This document shows, piece by piece, positions 40,197 through 50,235 of a DNA stretch of 64,000 nt. A model generated the notes under the pieces. That model had not been told where the DNA came from, made no database searches, and worked only from the letters and a program-made list of their open reading frames with translations. The translations under genes were made by a program, and so were the position numbers. Every line of letters begins with the position of its first letter. Within the stretch, counting starts at the first letter, position 1. The DNA is from an uncultured Staphylococcaceae bacterium. GTDB taxonomy: Bacteria > Bacillota_I > Bacilli_A > RFN20 > CAG-826. The stretch spans positions 2,320-66,319 of the forward strand of contig CAYPGR010000001.1 in NCBI GenBank assembly GCA_964410505.1, read 5' to 3'.

Positions 40197-40339
40197 GTGT
40201 TCTACCTCCTTCCTCTATATTTGTGATTGAGGCTTCAATAATCCCACAAGGACATATTTTTAATATATTTTGTTGACCTCGACAACATGATTAAGCTGTT
40301 TCGCCGTTGTTTTCTTAGGTTATTAAAGCAAGTTAATGA
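40197..40339 (-). promoter_or_regulatory. rplJ 5' leader (candidate L10 autoregulatory leader)
   Basis: 143-nt untranslated gap between rplA and rplJ, containing the local hairpin TGTTGACCTCGACAACA. Inferred from position, because Firmicutes carry an L10 leader here. Confidence 0.4.
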
Positions 40340-41023
40340 TTACCGACCAGCAAAGGTAATGCGGATCGATGGACCCATGGTTGTATGAACCACGGCATTT
40401 TTGATAAACGTCCCTTTGACGGCTGCAGGACGAATTTTAACAATCCGTTCGGTAAGCGCGTTAAGGTTATCAACAAGCTTGTCTTCACTGAAGCTAACAC
40501 GGCCAATAGAGACGTGCATATTTGCTTCCCGGTCAACACGATATTCCACTTTACCAGCTTTAATTTCAGCAATGGCTTTAGCAACATCGGTCGTGACTGT
40601 ACCGGTTTTTGGGTTTGGCATTAAGCCTTTTGGCCCGAGAATTTTACCCATTTTCCCAAGTTCACCCATCATATCTGGGGTTGCGACGATAACATCGTAT
40701 GCAAACCAGTTTTCAACTCTGATTTTGTCGAGCATTTCTTTACCGCCGGCAAATTCAGCACCCGCTTTAAGCGCTACTTCTGGGTTATTGGTAATGACTA
40801 AGACAGTCTTTTCTTTACCGTTGCCATGTGGTAACACAAGTGTGCCCCGAATTTGTTGGTCAGCTTGACGTGGGTCGACATTTAAACGTAATGACACATC
40901 AACGGTCGCATCAAATTTGACGGTTGATGTTTGTTTGACAAGCGCGACGGCTTCTTCAATCGTATAAAGTTTATCTTTATCGACGAGTAGAGCGGCGGCT
41001 TTGTATTTTTTCCCTCTATTCAT
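40340..41023 (-). CDS. rplA: 50S ribosomal protein L1
   Basis: 227 aa; [30 protein letters not shown]. Confidence 0.95.
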   Translation of the reverse strand: MNRGKKYKAAALLVDKDKLYTIEEAVALVKQTSTVKFDATVDVSLRLNVDPRQADQQIRGTLVLPHGNGKEKTVLVITNNPEVALKAGAEFAGGKEMLDKIRVENWFAYDVIVATPDMMGELGKMGKILGPKGLMPNPKTGTVTTDVAKAIAEIKAGKVEYRVDREANMHVSIGRVSFSEDKLVDNLNALTERIVKIRPAAVKGTFIKNAVVHTTMGPSIRITFAGR

Positions 41024-41065
41024 AATTCCTCCTTGTGGTGTTAACGAGTGGGTTCTCTTCCACGA

Positions 41066-41479
41066 TTATTCGACGTCAATGCCCATGTTGCGTGCGGAAC
41101 CAGCAATAATTTTCATTGCGGCTTCGACGTCATTAGCATTGAGGTCAGGTAATTTGTATTCAGCAATTTCGCGAAGTTGGGCTTGGGTAATTTTGCCAAC
41201 TTTTTTCGCTTTTGCACTATCTGAACCTTTACCTAGGTTTCCGGCAGCTCTTCTTAAAAGAATGCTGGTCGGGGTCGTCTTCAAGATAAAACTGTGTGAT
41301 TTATCTTCATATGCCGTAATAATAACTGGCACAACTTCGCCACGGCGATCGGCTGTTTGGGCATTGAAATCTGTACAAAACTTTGGCATAACAACGCCAA
41401 CTGATGCAAGTTTCGGGCCTGGTTTAGCTTCACCACCCACGAGTTCGAGTTTTACGACTTTAGCGATTTTTTTACTCAC
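41066..41479 (-). CDS. rplK: 50S ribosomal protein L11
   Basis: 137 aa; MSKKIAKVVKLELVGGEAKPGPKL. Confidence 0.95.
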   Translation of the reverse strand: MSKKIAKVVKLELVGGEAKPGPKLASVGVVMPKFCTDFNAQTADRRGEVVPVIITAYEDKSHSFILKTTPTSILLRRAAGNLGKGSDSAKAKKVGKITQAQLREIAEYKLPDLNANDVEAAMKIIAGSARNMGIDVE

Positions 41480-41614
41480 GTGACTTTCCTCCTCATATTT
41501 AGATGTCCGTGCTGTGGTAAGGGGAAGATCGCACTTCCTCCCACGAGCGTGTAGTGCTTACGCGTGAAGCGAGCATTACGCCTATGATTATACCAAAAAA
41601 TAGATTTGTGACAA
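41480..41614 (-). promoter_or_regulatory. rplK-rplA promoter (TTGTCA-N16-TATAAT at 41587-41614) and about 105-nt GC-rich structured leader
   Basis: Hexamers read on the minus strand. The leader contains GGGAGGAAGTGCGATCTTCCCC-type pairing and may be an L1-binding autoregulatory site. Confidence 0.5.
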
Positions 41615-41678
41615 GGTATTATTATCAATTAATTCATTTTATTAAAAATTAGTGCGATTTTAAGGGCAAAATGAAATC

Positions 41679-41702
41679 AAAAAAACTCCCAATTAGGGAG
41701 TT
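41679..41702 (-). terminator. rho-independent terminator after nusG
   Basis: Minus strand: AACTCCC-taatt-GGGAGTT followed by TTTTTTT. Confidence 0.75.
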
Positions 41703-41728
41703 TTAGTCTTGATAAACGGGATATTTGC

Positions 41729-42295
41729 CTAGAATTGAACTTTTTCAATTAGGGCAAAATTAATATCGGCAGTCGTCACCCGGCCAAAGAAAACAGCTTG
41801 AATTTTGACGTTTCCAGTCTCGCGATCAATGTCAATAATATGACCTTCGGTGCCAACAAGTGGTCCATCAATGACGCGAACATAATCATCAATTGCGTAC
41901 CGATCATACATCTTCTTGTCGACATGACCAAGACGTTTTAAGATTGGTTCAATATCTTCATAATCGACTGGGAATGGCTTGGCGCCACGACCTGATGACC
42001 CAATGAACCCGGTTACCCCAGGGGTGTTCCGAATTAAGAACCAGATTTCGTCACTCATTTCCATTTCAAGGAAAATATAGCCCGGATATAAGTTCCGTTT
42101 TTTGATCGTGATTTTATTGTCTTTATTTAAGACTTCTTCTTCAATTTCGGCCACAATTAAGCGCACTACGGTATCCGCTTTATCACTTGATTCAAGCCGT
42201 TTTAAAATGTTGTAGCGAACGGTATTTTCTTGCCCACTTTGAGTGCTAGCAACATACCATTTCAAATTTAATTCTTTTTCTGTATTTTTCATCAT
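41729..42295 (-). CDS. nusG: transcription termination/antitermination factor NusG
   Basis: NGN domain (WYVASTQSGQE) and C-terminal KOW motif; 188 aa. Confidence 0.93.
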   Translation of the reverse strand: MMKNTEKELNLKWYVASTQSGQENTVRYNILKRLESSDKADTVVRLIVAEIEEEVLNKDNKITIKKRNLYPGYIFLEMEMSDEIWFLIRNTPGVTGFIGSSGRGAKPFPVDYEDIEPILKRLGHVDKKMYDRYAIDDYVRVIDGPLVGTEGHIIDIDRETGNVKIQAVFFGRVTTADINFALIEKVQF

Positions 42296-42303
42296 GATTA
42301 TCC

Positions 42304-42504
42304 TTACTTTTTAAAGCCTTCAAAGACACGTTCAATTTCGCCAAGTAGTCGGGCCACTGCGATGTCTTCAACAAACAACACGAAGGCTGCAAAAAAGACG
42401 ACAATGAGGACAACAACGATGGTCGGAAATAACACTTCACGCTTTGGCCAACGGACGCGTTTAGCTTCTTTTGCGACTTCAGCAGAATATTTTTTTAAAC
42501 CCAT
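42304..42504 (-). CDS. secE: preprotein translocase subunit SecE
   Basis: 66 aa with a single transmembrane helix; position between rpmG and nusG. Confidence 0.85.
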   Translation of the reverse strand: MGLKKYSAEVAKEAKRVRWPKREVLFPTIVVVLIVVFFAAFVLFVEDIAVARLLGEIERVFEGFKK

Positions 42505-42513
42505 ATTTTTCTC

Positions 42514-42663
42514 CTATCGACTTTCTTTGTGTATTGTCATTTTGTTACATTTTGGACAATACTTTTTGATTTGGAATCGCTCTGTTTGTGTCGACTTATT
42601 AACCGAAGTATTGTAGTTCCGTGACAAGCAAACTTCGCATATTAAAAGAACCTTTTTCCGCAT
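42514..42663 (-). CDS. rpmG: 50S ribosomal protein L33 (zinc-ribbon type)
   Basis: Not in the ORF track (49 aa). Hand translation gives [49 protein letters not shown] with CxxC...CxxC; GGAG ribosome-binding site. Confidence 0.85.
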   Translation of the reverse strand: MRKKVLLICEVCLSRNYNTSVNKSTQTERFQIKKYCPKCNKMTIHKESR

Positions 42664-42696
42664 TTATTATACTCCTTTTATAAGCCTAGTAAAAGA

Positions 42697-42725
42697 ATAT
42701 TATCACACAAGCAAAACCGCGTCAA
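42697..42725 (-). promoter_or_regulatory. rpmG-secE-nusG promoter (TTGACG-N17-TAATAT)
   Basis: Hexamers on the minus strand between the sigH stop and the rpmG ribosome-binding site. Confidence 0.6.
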
Positions 42726-42751
42726 GCGATAGAACATACGATTGTTGGGGT

Positions 42752-43363
42752 CTAGTCCAAAGCGGCTTGATGTTTTTTCTTTATTCCCATAATTAAAGCA
42801 TCAAATTTACGCTTAGAAAGTTGCATTCGTTCACGAATCTCATGATAGGCATAGCCTTCAATCTTGGCCGTGATAATGGTTAACTCAAGCGTCGTATAAT
42901 TAGCCAAGAAAAAATCTGGGAAAAACCCGATATGACGAGGGGCATAGAAGCCACCTTCTTCGGTGTTTACTTCCTCGCCTATTGAATCAGACATGAGCAA
43001 GGAATCATTATCAACATACATAAAGTCATCAAGGCTGATTCCCCGCCTATTTAAACGTGACGTCGGGGTCGTCATTGACGCCAGGTGATTGAGCATGGCG
43101 TTTTGAATGACCGTAATTGCAAAGGCCGTAAAGGGGATGCTATCCCCGCGGTAAAGACGAATCGCATTATAAAGGGCAGTATGACCGATGAGATGTAAGT
43201 CCCGATATTCGACCGCCTCATCATTAGCAATATTTACAAAGTAAGCAGCTTTAGACCGAATAAAGTATTCAAAGTTATTTGTCATCATTTGTAGGGCATC
43301 GACGTTTCCGGCAGCGTATGCGCGAAAAGCTTGCTCATTACTGAGCGTAATTTGTTTGTCCAT
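42752..43363 (-). CDS. sigH: SigH-like alternative sigma-70 family factor
   Basis: 203 aa with sigma region 2 and region 4 helix-turn-helix-like segments; sits at the canonical Firmicutes locus between rlmB and rpmG. Confidence 0.6.
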   Translation of the reverse strand: MDKQITLSNEQAFRAYAAGNVDALQMMTNNFEYFIRSKAAYFVNIANDEAVEYRDLHLIGHTALYNAIRLYRGDSIPFTAFAITVIQNAMLNHLASMTTPTSRLNRRGISLDDFMYVDNDSLLMSDSIGEEVNTEEGGFYAPRHIGFFPDFFLANYTTLELTIITAKIEGYAYHEIRERMQLSKRKFDALIMGIKKKHQAALD

Positions 43364-43380
43364 CGAGTGGAGCCTCCTTT

Positions 43381-44112
43381 TTACTTTTGTTTATTCCGAA
43401 TTAAAGCGAGCATAATACCGGTCGCAACACTCACGTTAAGCGAGTTCGTTTGGCCAAGCATCGGTATCTTTACAACAAAATCGGAATTTTTATTTAAAAG
43501 TGGTGAGACTCCTCGATCTTCACTACCCACAATTAATACAGTTTTAAAATCATAGTCTAAGTCATCGACAAGCTTTGTCGCTTTCAGGTCAGTACTCACG
43601 ACCCAGAAACCAGCTTTCTTTAGTTTTTCGAGCGTTTGATTTAAGTTTGTTACTTGCGAAATAAGAATATGATTTTGCGCCCCTGTGGCAACTTTCATCA
43701 CCGTCGGGGTGATTTCCACTTGGCGATCTTTCTTAAAAATAATAGCGGTCACGCCAAAGGCTTCGGCACTCCGGATAATCGCTCCTAAGTTATGGGGATC
43801 CTTAAGTTCATCAAGGATCAAAATAACTGGTTTTTGCACATTATTCGCGGCAAAAAGCACATCTTCTAAGGATGCATAACGAAATTCTTTGACGATCGCA
43901 GCGACACCTTGATGGTTGCCAGCAACCATGTCATTAAGTTCTTTTTTCCGAATAATGGTAATGGGTAAACGAAGTTTCTCTGCTAACTTGATCACTTTTT
44001 CATCGCTAAAACCATCTTGAAAATAGAGCTTGGTAACGATGCCTGCTTCAAGACAAGCTAAAACGTTATTACGACCATAAGCTAGTTGGTTATTAGGACG
44101 AAAATCTGCCAT
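43381..44112 (-). CDS. rlmB: 23S rRNA 2'-O-methyltransferase RlmB (SpoU/TrmH family)
   Basis: SpoU motifs (ILDELKDPHNLGAIIRSAEAFGV, GSEDRGVS); 243 aa. Confidence 0.85.
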   Translation of the reverse strand: MADFRPNNQLAYGRNNVLACLEAGIVTKLYFQDGFSDEKVIKLAEKLRLPITIIRKKELNDMVAGNHQGVAAIVKEFRYASLEDVLFAANNVQKPVILILDELKDPHNLGAIIRSAEAFGVTAIIFKKDRQVEITPTVMKVATGAQNHILISQVTNLNQTLEKLKKAGFWVVSTDLKATKLVDDLDYDFKTVLIVGSEDRGVSPLLNKNSDFVVKIPMLGQTNSLNVSVATGIMLALIRNKQK

Positions 44113-45452
44113 TATAATATGCCCCTTTTTACTAGTTCGTTTCTCAGTTCATCGCTACGGGAAAAGTCTTTGTTGACTCGCGCTTTTTCATATTCCTTCA
44201 GTAATGCGACATCTTCTTCATCAAGTGTTTTAACACCTAAATCAAGACCTAAGATATCAAGCATTGTTTTAATTGTATGGGCAAGGGCAACGATTTTATC
44301 TTCATTATTATTGGGTGAACGGAGTAAGATGTTTGTTTCTTTTATAAGCGCATATAGCTCACTTAAAGCATTCGGTGTATTTAAGTCATCAGCTAACGCC
44401 TCAATAAAACCGCCAATCAATTTCTCATCTTGTGCATGAATGTCATTTAACGCAAGAAAACGGTTTAGCGCTTGAAGTGTCCGTTGTAATTTCAAAATTT
44501 CATTTTGCGAATTAGCAATAATATCGGCACTTAAATTAACGGGGCTACGATAATGGGTTGATAAAAGTAAGAGCCGTAATGCACTGGCCCCGTACTCATT
44601 AATAAAATCATTGGCAGTTATAAAATTACCTGTTGATTTTGCCATTTTTTGGTTATTTAGGTTGATAAAACCGTTATGCATCCAATAGTGGGCCAGCGAT
44701 GCATTTGCGTAGGCTTTTGCTTGCGCAATTTCATTTTCGTGGTGAGGGAATTTTAAATCAACCCCCCCGCCATGAATATCAATTTGGGGCTCGCCAAAAA
44801 TATCATTAATCATGACGACACATTCCGTATGCCAGCCTGGACGTCCTTGACCCCATGGCGAGATCCATTTAATCCCATCATCACTAGTTTTCTTCCATAA
44901 CAAGAAATCGTTTGGTTGTTCTTTTTTAGTATTTTCTTCAATCCGCGCGCCAATTTGAAGATCGTCTTGCGAAACATTGGAAAGTTCGCCATAATTTTGG
45001 ACATGATTGACCCGGAAGAAAACGTCTCCCTCTTTCGCATATGCAAAATCATTTTCAATTAATGTATCAATAAAGCGGATCATACTCGCAATATGTTCGG
45101 TCGCACGCGGGGTAATGGTCGGCGGTAAAGCATTGAGTTTCGCAATTGACGTTTCAAAGGCATCAATATAAAACGCGCTTACTTCCGCTTCAGTTTGCCC
45201 GGTGTCGTGCGCTTTTTTAATAATTTTATCATCTACATCCGTGTAATTAGAAACATACGTCACGTCATAACCCATATAGGTTAAAAAGCGTCTTAAAGTA
45301 TCAAAAACGACGACTGGTCGCATATTCCCGACATGAACATAATCATAAACGGTTGGACCACAAACATATATTGATACCTTACCGGCAATCATAGGAACAA
45401 AACGTTCTTTTTGTTTGGTTAAAGAGTTAAATAAATAAATTCTTGATTCCAT
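44112..45452 (-). CDS. cysS: cysteine--tRNA ligase
   Basis: HVGN (HIGH-type) and KMAKS (KMSKS) class-I motifs; 446 aa. Confidence 0.95.
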   Translation of the reverse strand: MESRIYLFNSLTKQKERFVPMIAGKVSIYVCGPTVYDYVHVGNMRPVVVFDTLRRFLTYMGYDVTYVSNYTDVDDKIIKKAHDTGQTEAEVSAFYIDAFETSIAKLNALPPTITPRATEHIASMIRFIDTLIENDFAYAKEGDVFFRVNHVQNYGELSNVSQDDLQIGARIEENTKKEQPNDFLLWKKTSDDGIKWISPWGQGRPGWHTECVVMINDIFGEPQIDIHGGGVDLKFPHHENEIAQAKAYANASLAHYWMHNGFINLNNQKMAKSTGNFITANDFINEYGASALRLLLLSTHYRSPVNLSADIIANSQNEILKLQRTLQALNRFLALNDIHAQDEKLIGGFIEALADDLNTPNALSELYALIKETNILLRSPNNNEDKIVALAHTIKTMLDILGLDLGVKTLDEEDVALLKEYEKARVNKDFSRSDELRNELVKRGIL

Positions 45453-45562
45453 AAGTGTATTTTATCATAAAGTCGACTTTATTCCTTGTCTTATCGGTGA
45501 ACATAGACACGGCACCATCTCGCAAGGAAGAAAGTCATGTCATTAATCAAGTGTGGGCCAAA

Positions 45563-46213
45563 CTAGTCATTTAATAAATCACTAAAACGTTTGAGAAAGT
45601 AAAGGCCTTTATCTTTTAGACTCAAGACATTTTTATCATACCCATGGGCGACAATTGCACAGCGGATACCGGCATTTTTTGCAGCCAGAAAATCAACCGA
45701 ACTATCGCCGACAAAAAGGATGGATTGGGGATCGACTTGGAGCTGGGCAATAACCGAACCTAAAAACTTCGGATTCGGTTTAATGATGCCGTCGCCCCGA
45801 TCACCGCGAACGATTTTAAACATGTCGGGTGGAAAAAAGCTTTTCACAACATCCTTGGCAATCGCTTCTGGTTTATTTGTGGCAACAATTAGGGCTACAC
45901 CGCGCTTTTTAAGCGTTTCCAGCGTTGTTTGCACCTCAGGAAACACTTTGGTATAGGTGTCGGTGTTTTGGGCATAATACTTGCTTAAAAGTTCATTCAC
46001 TTGCGGGAAATGTTTCTCGCTCAACATTCTTGCTTTTAAAGCCCGGCGAATTTGTTCATCTTTACCGCTGCCGATAAACGTTGCCATTTCTTTGTCGGTA
46101 AAATGACCAAAGAGACCGAGTTCCTTAAACGTCCGGTTCATATTAAAAACAAGGTCGGGAATTGTATCAAGGAGGGTCCCATCTAAATCAAAGATAATAT
46201 GCGAGTACGCCAT
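45563..46213 (-). CDS. HAD-family phosphatase (phosphoglycolate-phosphatase-like)
   Basis: FDLDGTLLDT motif I, ATNKP motif, GDSSVD motif; 216 aa. Confidence 0.75.
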   Translation of the reverse strand: MAYSHIIFDLDGTLLDTIPDLVFNMNRTFKELGLFGHFTDKEMATFIGSGKDEQIRRALKARMLSEKHFPQVNELLSKYYAQNTDTYTKVFPEVQTTLETLKKRGVALIVATNKPEAIAKDVVKSFFPPDMFKIVRGDRGDGIIKPNPKFLGSVIAQLQVDPQSILFVGDSSVDFLAAKNAGIRCAIVAHGYDKNVLSLKDKGLYFLKRFSDLLND

Positions 46214-46215
46214 CT

Positions 46216-46758
46216 TTATTCAACCACCTGGAAGGTATCAAGGACTAAAAAAGTAATGCCCACACCGAGTGAAAAATAGCCGATGACTTCCCACAGACGT
46301 CTTGAGAAATCATCGTTTGAAGTGACCGCTTCACTCACCCCACTTGTGATAAAGGCGATGCCAATGAGCACTCTTAACACACCCACAATAAGCGTCACTA
46401 ATGATCGTGTCTTAGCAAACGTTAAAAAATCAATGATCGAAATTGCAACAAATATAATACCAATAATCAGCATCCCATAAGCCTGAATTTTCTCACTAAA
46501 AGCAGCAACAAGGACACCGACAATTAAAAGCCCCGTTGAAAAAAGGTAATCAACAACCGTGACTTGTTTTTGTCGACCAGAGACAAAATTAAGGAGGGTG
46601 ACAAAACCGACAATTGCAATCACAATTCCAATGAGGTAGAAAAGACTCCCTTCAGGGTCAACTTTATATTTAACGAGCATCGCTCCAATAATAATTAGGG
46701 CTACACTCATGGATAATGTAAGACCAAAGGTTATTCGAGATTTAAAGGATAATCGCAT
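46216..46758 (-). CDS. polytopic membrane protein (possibly HdeD/DUF308-like)
   Basis: 180 aa with about six transmembrane helices rich in G/I/V repeats; no catalytic motif. Confidence 0.45.
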   Translation of the reverse strand: MRLSFKSRITFGLTLSMSVALIIIGAMLVKYKVDPEGSLFYLIGIVIAIVGFVTLLNFVSGRQKQVTVVDYLFSTGLLIVGVLVAAFSEKIQAYGMLIIGIIFVAISIIDFLTFAKTRSLVTLIVGVLRVLIGIAFITSGVSEAVTSNDDFSRRLWEVIGYFSLGVGITFLVLDTFQVVE

Positions 46759-46865
46759 ATAGATACCCTCCTAGCCATTAAATGTTACATTAAATGTGGC
46801 TTTTTTGCAAAGAAACAATGACTAAAGCGCATTCATTTCCGAATTTCTATTGTATATGAACGATT

Positions 46866-46894
46866 AAAAAAGCCCAATGAAATTCACTGGGCTT
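46866..46894 (-). terminator. rho-independent terminator after rplQ (end of the alpha operon)
   Basis: 10-bp stem AGCCCAGTGA/TCATTGGGCT (one G-U pair) followed by a T-run on the minus strand. Confidence 0.8.
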
Positions 46895-46917
46895 TAATTC
46901 TTGTTAAGTTAACCTAA

Positions 46918-47319
46918 TTAGTCAACGAATTCGAGAATAACGGTTGGGGCATTATCACCGCGGCGGGGTCCAAGTTTTAAAATTCTTGTATATCCACCGT
47001 TGCGTTCTTTAAAGCGAGGGCCAAGTTCATTAAATAAAACATCTAATGCTTTGACACCATCTTTGCGAACGATACCGTCACGAAGACGGGCAGCCGCTAA
47101 ACGACGACTATGTAAGTCACCGCGTTTGGCAAGGGTGATGAGCTTTTCAACGTTTTGTTGGGCTTGCTTGCCGACTTTAGCAATGAGGGTCACTTTGCCG
47201 TAAACAATGAGTTCACTTGTGACATTACGCAGCATCGCTGCATCTTTACTAGTCGTATAGGCAGCTTTAAAGCGGACACCTGTTTTTCCACGAACGTTTT
47301 TTCTACCTTGTGCTGGCAT
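46918..47319 (-). CDS. rplQ: 50S ribosomal protein L17 with an N-terminal extension of about 15 aa
   Basis: 133 aa; AMLRNVTSELIVYGKVTL core. Confidence 0.9.
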   Translation of the reverse strand: MPAQGRKNVRGKTGVRFKAAYTTSKDAAMLRNVTSELIVYGKVTLIAKVGKQAQQNVEKLITLAKRGDLHSRRLAAARLRDGIVRKDGVKALDVLFNELGPRFKERNGGYTRILKLGPRRGDNAPTVILEFVD

Positions 47320-47328
47320 AAATTACCT

Positions 47329-48306
47329 CTATTCTACATTACCCCGGAAGTTAAGTCCGAGTTCTTTTAATTTGTCTTTAATTTCTTTGAAGGATTTTTT
47401 GCCTAAACTACGAAGTTTAAGCACTTCATCTTCAGTTTTACTCGCAAGTTCGAGTACGGTTTGAATACCGGCCCGTTTTAAGCAGTTGTATGAGCGAACA
47501 CTAATATCAAGTTCTTCAATTTTCTTATCTTCAGTGGTCGCTGCTTTGGCTTCTTCTTGTTCAGTGAAGACTTCAACATCGACAACACTTTCTTCTAAGT
47601 CTAAGAATGGTTTGTAGTGTTCAATTAAGATTTTTGCGCTTAAGGCAACCGCGGCTTGAGGGGTAATGGCACCATTGGTCCATACTTCAAGCGTCAAGCG
47701 ATCATAATTTTCATCATGACCAACCCGGGTGCTGGAAACGGCATAATTGACTTTCGTAATTGGTGAATAGTTTGAATCAGTCGCAATCACCCCAACAGCA
47801 CTGCCGACTTTTTGCCGTTCAGCTTTATTGGCTTCGCTCGTGACATAACCGCGGCCATTACGGGCAAAGATGGTCATCTTGAAGTGTCCACCTTCCGCAA
47901 CATTTGCGATCACGAGGTCTTTGTTAATGACTTCGACGCCAAATGGTAATACAAGATCACCACCAGTCACGACCGCAGGGCCGACGACGTCTAATTCAAG
48001 ACGTTTGACGACGGCTTCTTTATCATCAATTTTAAGGATCAGTTGTTTGAGGTTTAAAGTAATGGTTGTGACATCCTCAACAACACCCGGCAACGTTTGA
48101 AACTCATGACGCGCGCCATCAATTGTAATGGCGAAGACACTCGCACCAGGAAGTGAGCTTAAGAGTAATCTCCGGAAGCTATTTCCTAACGTTTGCCCGA
48201 AGCCACGTTCAAGTGGTTCGAGTTCGAATTTACCATAATTTGCGGTAGCATAATAGTTTTTTTCTTTAAAAACCGTGGGATTGAATGGGATGATAATATT
48301 ACTCAT
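47329..48306 (-). CDS. rpoA: DNA-directed RNA polymerase subunit alpha
   Basis: 325 aa; conserved N-terminal and C-terminal domain sequences. Confidence 0.96.
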   Translation of the reverse strand: MSNIIIPFNPTVFKEKNYYATANYGKFELEPLERGFGQTLGNSFRRLLLSSLPGASVFAITIDGARHEFQTLPGVVEDVTTITLNLKQLILKIDDKEAVVKRLELDVVGPAVVTGGDLVLPFGVEVINKDLVIANVAEGGHFKMTIFARNGRGYVTSEANKAERQKVGSAVGVIATDSNYSPITKVNYAVSSTRVGHDENYDRLTLEVWTNGAITPQAAVALSAKILIEHYKPFLDLEESVVDVEVFTEQEEAKAATTEDKKIEELDISVRSYNCLKRAGIQTVLELASKTEDEVLKLRSLGKKSFKEIKDKLKELGLNFRGNVE

Positions 48307-48315
48307 AATTTCTCC

Positions 48316-48711
48316 TTATCCGCGCGGCCGTTTTGGCGGCCGGCATCCGTTGTGCGGAATTGGGGTTGTATCTTCAATTCCGGTAATCGTGAGTCCTGCT
48401 AAGGCGAGCGCACGAATCGCAGCTTCGCGACCTTGGCCTGGGCCTTTAACATTGACTTCCACCGTCTTGAGTCCTTGTTCAACGGCAACTTTAGCAGCCG
48501 CTTCACCCGCTAATTGTGCCGCCCAAGCGGTACTTTTTTTGCTGCCCTTGAAGCCTAATGCGCCAGCGCTGCTCCAGCTAATGGCGTTGCCTGCTTCATC
48601 GGTAATGGTGACGATGGTGTTGTTGAAGGTTGAGTGAATATGTGCAATACATTTCGTAAATGCACGGCGAATTTTGCGTTTTCTGGTTGTTGTTTTCTTT
48701 GCTTTTGCCAT
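48316..48711 (-). CDS. rpsK: 30S ribosomal protein S11
   Basis: 131 aa. Confidence 0.96.
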   Translation of the reverse strand: MAKAKKTTTRKRKIRRAFTKCIAHIHSTFNNTIVTITDEAGNAISWSSAGALGFKGSKKSTAWAAQLAGEAAAKVAVEQGLKTVEVNVKGPGQGREAAIRALALAGLTITGIEDTTPIPHNGCRPPKRPRG

Positions 48712-48728
48712 ACTATTTCACTCCTTCC

Positions 48729-49106
48729 TTAGCCTTGTGACGCTTGCTTTTTGTTAGCAATCGTTTTCTTCGGTCCTTTGCGGGTCCGGGCGTTTGTTTT
48801 GGTCCGTTGACCACGGACTGGTAAGCCACGACGATGGCGAATGCCACGGTATGCACCGATTTCGGTTAAGCGCTTAATGTTTAAAGCGACTTGCCGACGG
48901 GCGTCACCTTCGACGCGGTACTTCGTTAATTCTTGTCTAATTGCCCCTAATTGTTCTTCAGTGAGATCTTTTACACGAACATCTTCACTAATGCCAACGG
49001 CGGCTAAAATTTTCTTCGCATTTGAATTTCCAATACCATAAATATATTGAAGTGAAATTACAACGCGCTTTTCATTTGGAATATCTACACCAACAATACG
49101 TGCCAT
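48729..49106 (-). CDS. rpsM: 30S ribosomal protein S13
   Basis: 125 aa; [10 protein letters not shown]. Confidence 0.96.
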   Translation of the reverse strand: MARIVGVDIPNEKRVVISLQYIYGIGNSNAKKILAAVGISEDVRVKDLTEEQLGAIRQELTKYRVEGDARRQVALNIKRLTEIGAYRGIRHRRGLPVRGQRTKTNARTRKGPKKTIANKKQASQG

Positions 49107-49121
49107 ATTCTTTCTTCCTCC

Positions 49122-49235
49122 TTACCCTTGTCTTTGCTTATGCTTTGGGTTCTCGCAAATAACCATGACGGTTCCTTTGCGGCGAATCACTCTGCACTTA
49201 TCGCAAATTGGTTTGACTGAGGCTCTTACTTTCAT
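49122..49235 (-). CDS. rpmJ: 50S ribosomal protein L36 (zinc type)
   Basis: Not in the ORF track (37 aa). Hand translation gives [37 protein letters not shown]. Confidence 0.9.
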   Translation of the reverse strand: MKVRASVKPICDKCRVIRRKGTVMVICENPKHKQRQG

Positions 49236-49255
49236 AATGTTTCCTCCTAATTCGG

Positions 49256-49474
49256 TTACTTATACCGATATGTGATGCGGCCCCGTGTTAAATCATAGGG
49301 CGAAATTTCAACTGCGACACGATCACCTGGTAGAATGCGAATGTTATACATTCTGATTTTACCAGAAACGTGGGCCATGATAATGTGTCCGTTGTCTAGT
49401 TGTACTTTAAAGTTTACCCCTGGTAAACATTCGAGTACTTTCGCCTCGACGGTAATGACGTCAGTTTTTGCCAT
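49256..49474 (-). CDS. infA: translation initiation factor IF-1
   Basis: 72 aa S1-like OB fold; [13 protein letters not shown]. Confidence 0.95.
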   Translation of the reverse strand: MAKTDVITVEAKVLECLPGVNFKVQLDNGHIIMAHVSGKIRMYNIRILPGDRVAVEISPYDLTRGRITYRYK

Positions 49475-50235
49475 TAGTTCTCCTCCCCCATTGTTAATAC
49501 TTCATAGCCATTTTCCGTAATAACGATAGTGTTTTCATAATGGCTTGCTAACTTCCCATCTTTAGTCTTGACGGTCCAGCCGTCCTTCATGACGACAAGG
49601 TCGACCAAACCTTCATTCAACATCGGCTCTATGGCGAGGGTCATTCCAACTTTTAGGATTGGACCAGTCCCCACTTTGCCAACGTTTGGTACTGCCGGAT
49701 CTTCATGGAGTTTTCGACCAACGCCATGACCGGTGTATTGATTTGTCACAGTGTAACCGTGACGGGTTGCATACTCATAAACAGCATGCGAGATGTCTCC
49801 GATAAATCCGCCTGGGCGCGCTGCTTTATCAACTGCGTACCAAAACGATTCTTCGGTTACTTTAACAAGGTTTTGGGCCGCTTCCCGCACATTTCCGACA
49901 AGGAAGGTACGACAAGCGTCGCCAATATAACCGTTTTTAGTCACCCCGACGTCAACACTTACAATGTCCCCGTCTTGGATGATTTCGCGCTTATTGGGGA
50001 TCCCGTGAATTAACGTATCATTGACTGATACACACACGTGGCCCTTAAACCCGTTATAGTTTTTAAACGTTGGATAGCCCCCTTCATCGGTGATGACTTT
50101 GTTACAAATCATATCGACATCATAGGTGGACATCCCCGGCTTCAGTTCTTGCTTTAACGTTTTAAAGACTAAACTGACGATGCGGCCTGCTTCTTTCATT
50201 AAAGCGATTTCGCGTGGCGACTTAAGGCTAATCAC
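49474..50235 (-). CDS. map: type I methionine aminopeptidase
   Basis: 253 aa with metal-ligand residues of MetAP; start overlaps the adk stop. Confidence 0.93.
   Translation of the reverse strand: MISLKSPREIALMKEAGRIVSLVFKTLKQELKPGMSTYDVDMICNKVITDEGGYPTFKNYNGFKGHVCVSVNDTLIHGIPNKREIIQDGDIVSVDVGVTKNGYIGDACRTFLVGNVREAAQNLVKVTEESFWYAVDKAARPGGFIGDISHAVYEYATRHGYTVTNQYTGHGVGRKLHEDPAVPNVGKVGTGPILKVGMTLAIEPMLNEGLVDLVVMKDGWTVKTKDGKLASHYENTIVITENGYEVLTMGEEN

Noticed and set aside
40401-41483. Two plus-strand ORFs of 155 and 160 aa
   Set aside because: Antisense to rplA and rplK. Compositionally biased and with no ribosome-binding site, so treated as spurious shadows of highly conserved genes.
45453-45562. 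Possible T-box riboswitch upstream of cysS
   Set aside because: The region is only about 110 nt. I could not find the conserved T-box sequence (AATTAGGGTGGTACCGCG-like) or a specifier-loop architecture. It is too short for a T-box.
48275-48637. 120-aa plus-strand ORF
   Set aside because: Antisense to rpsK.
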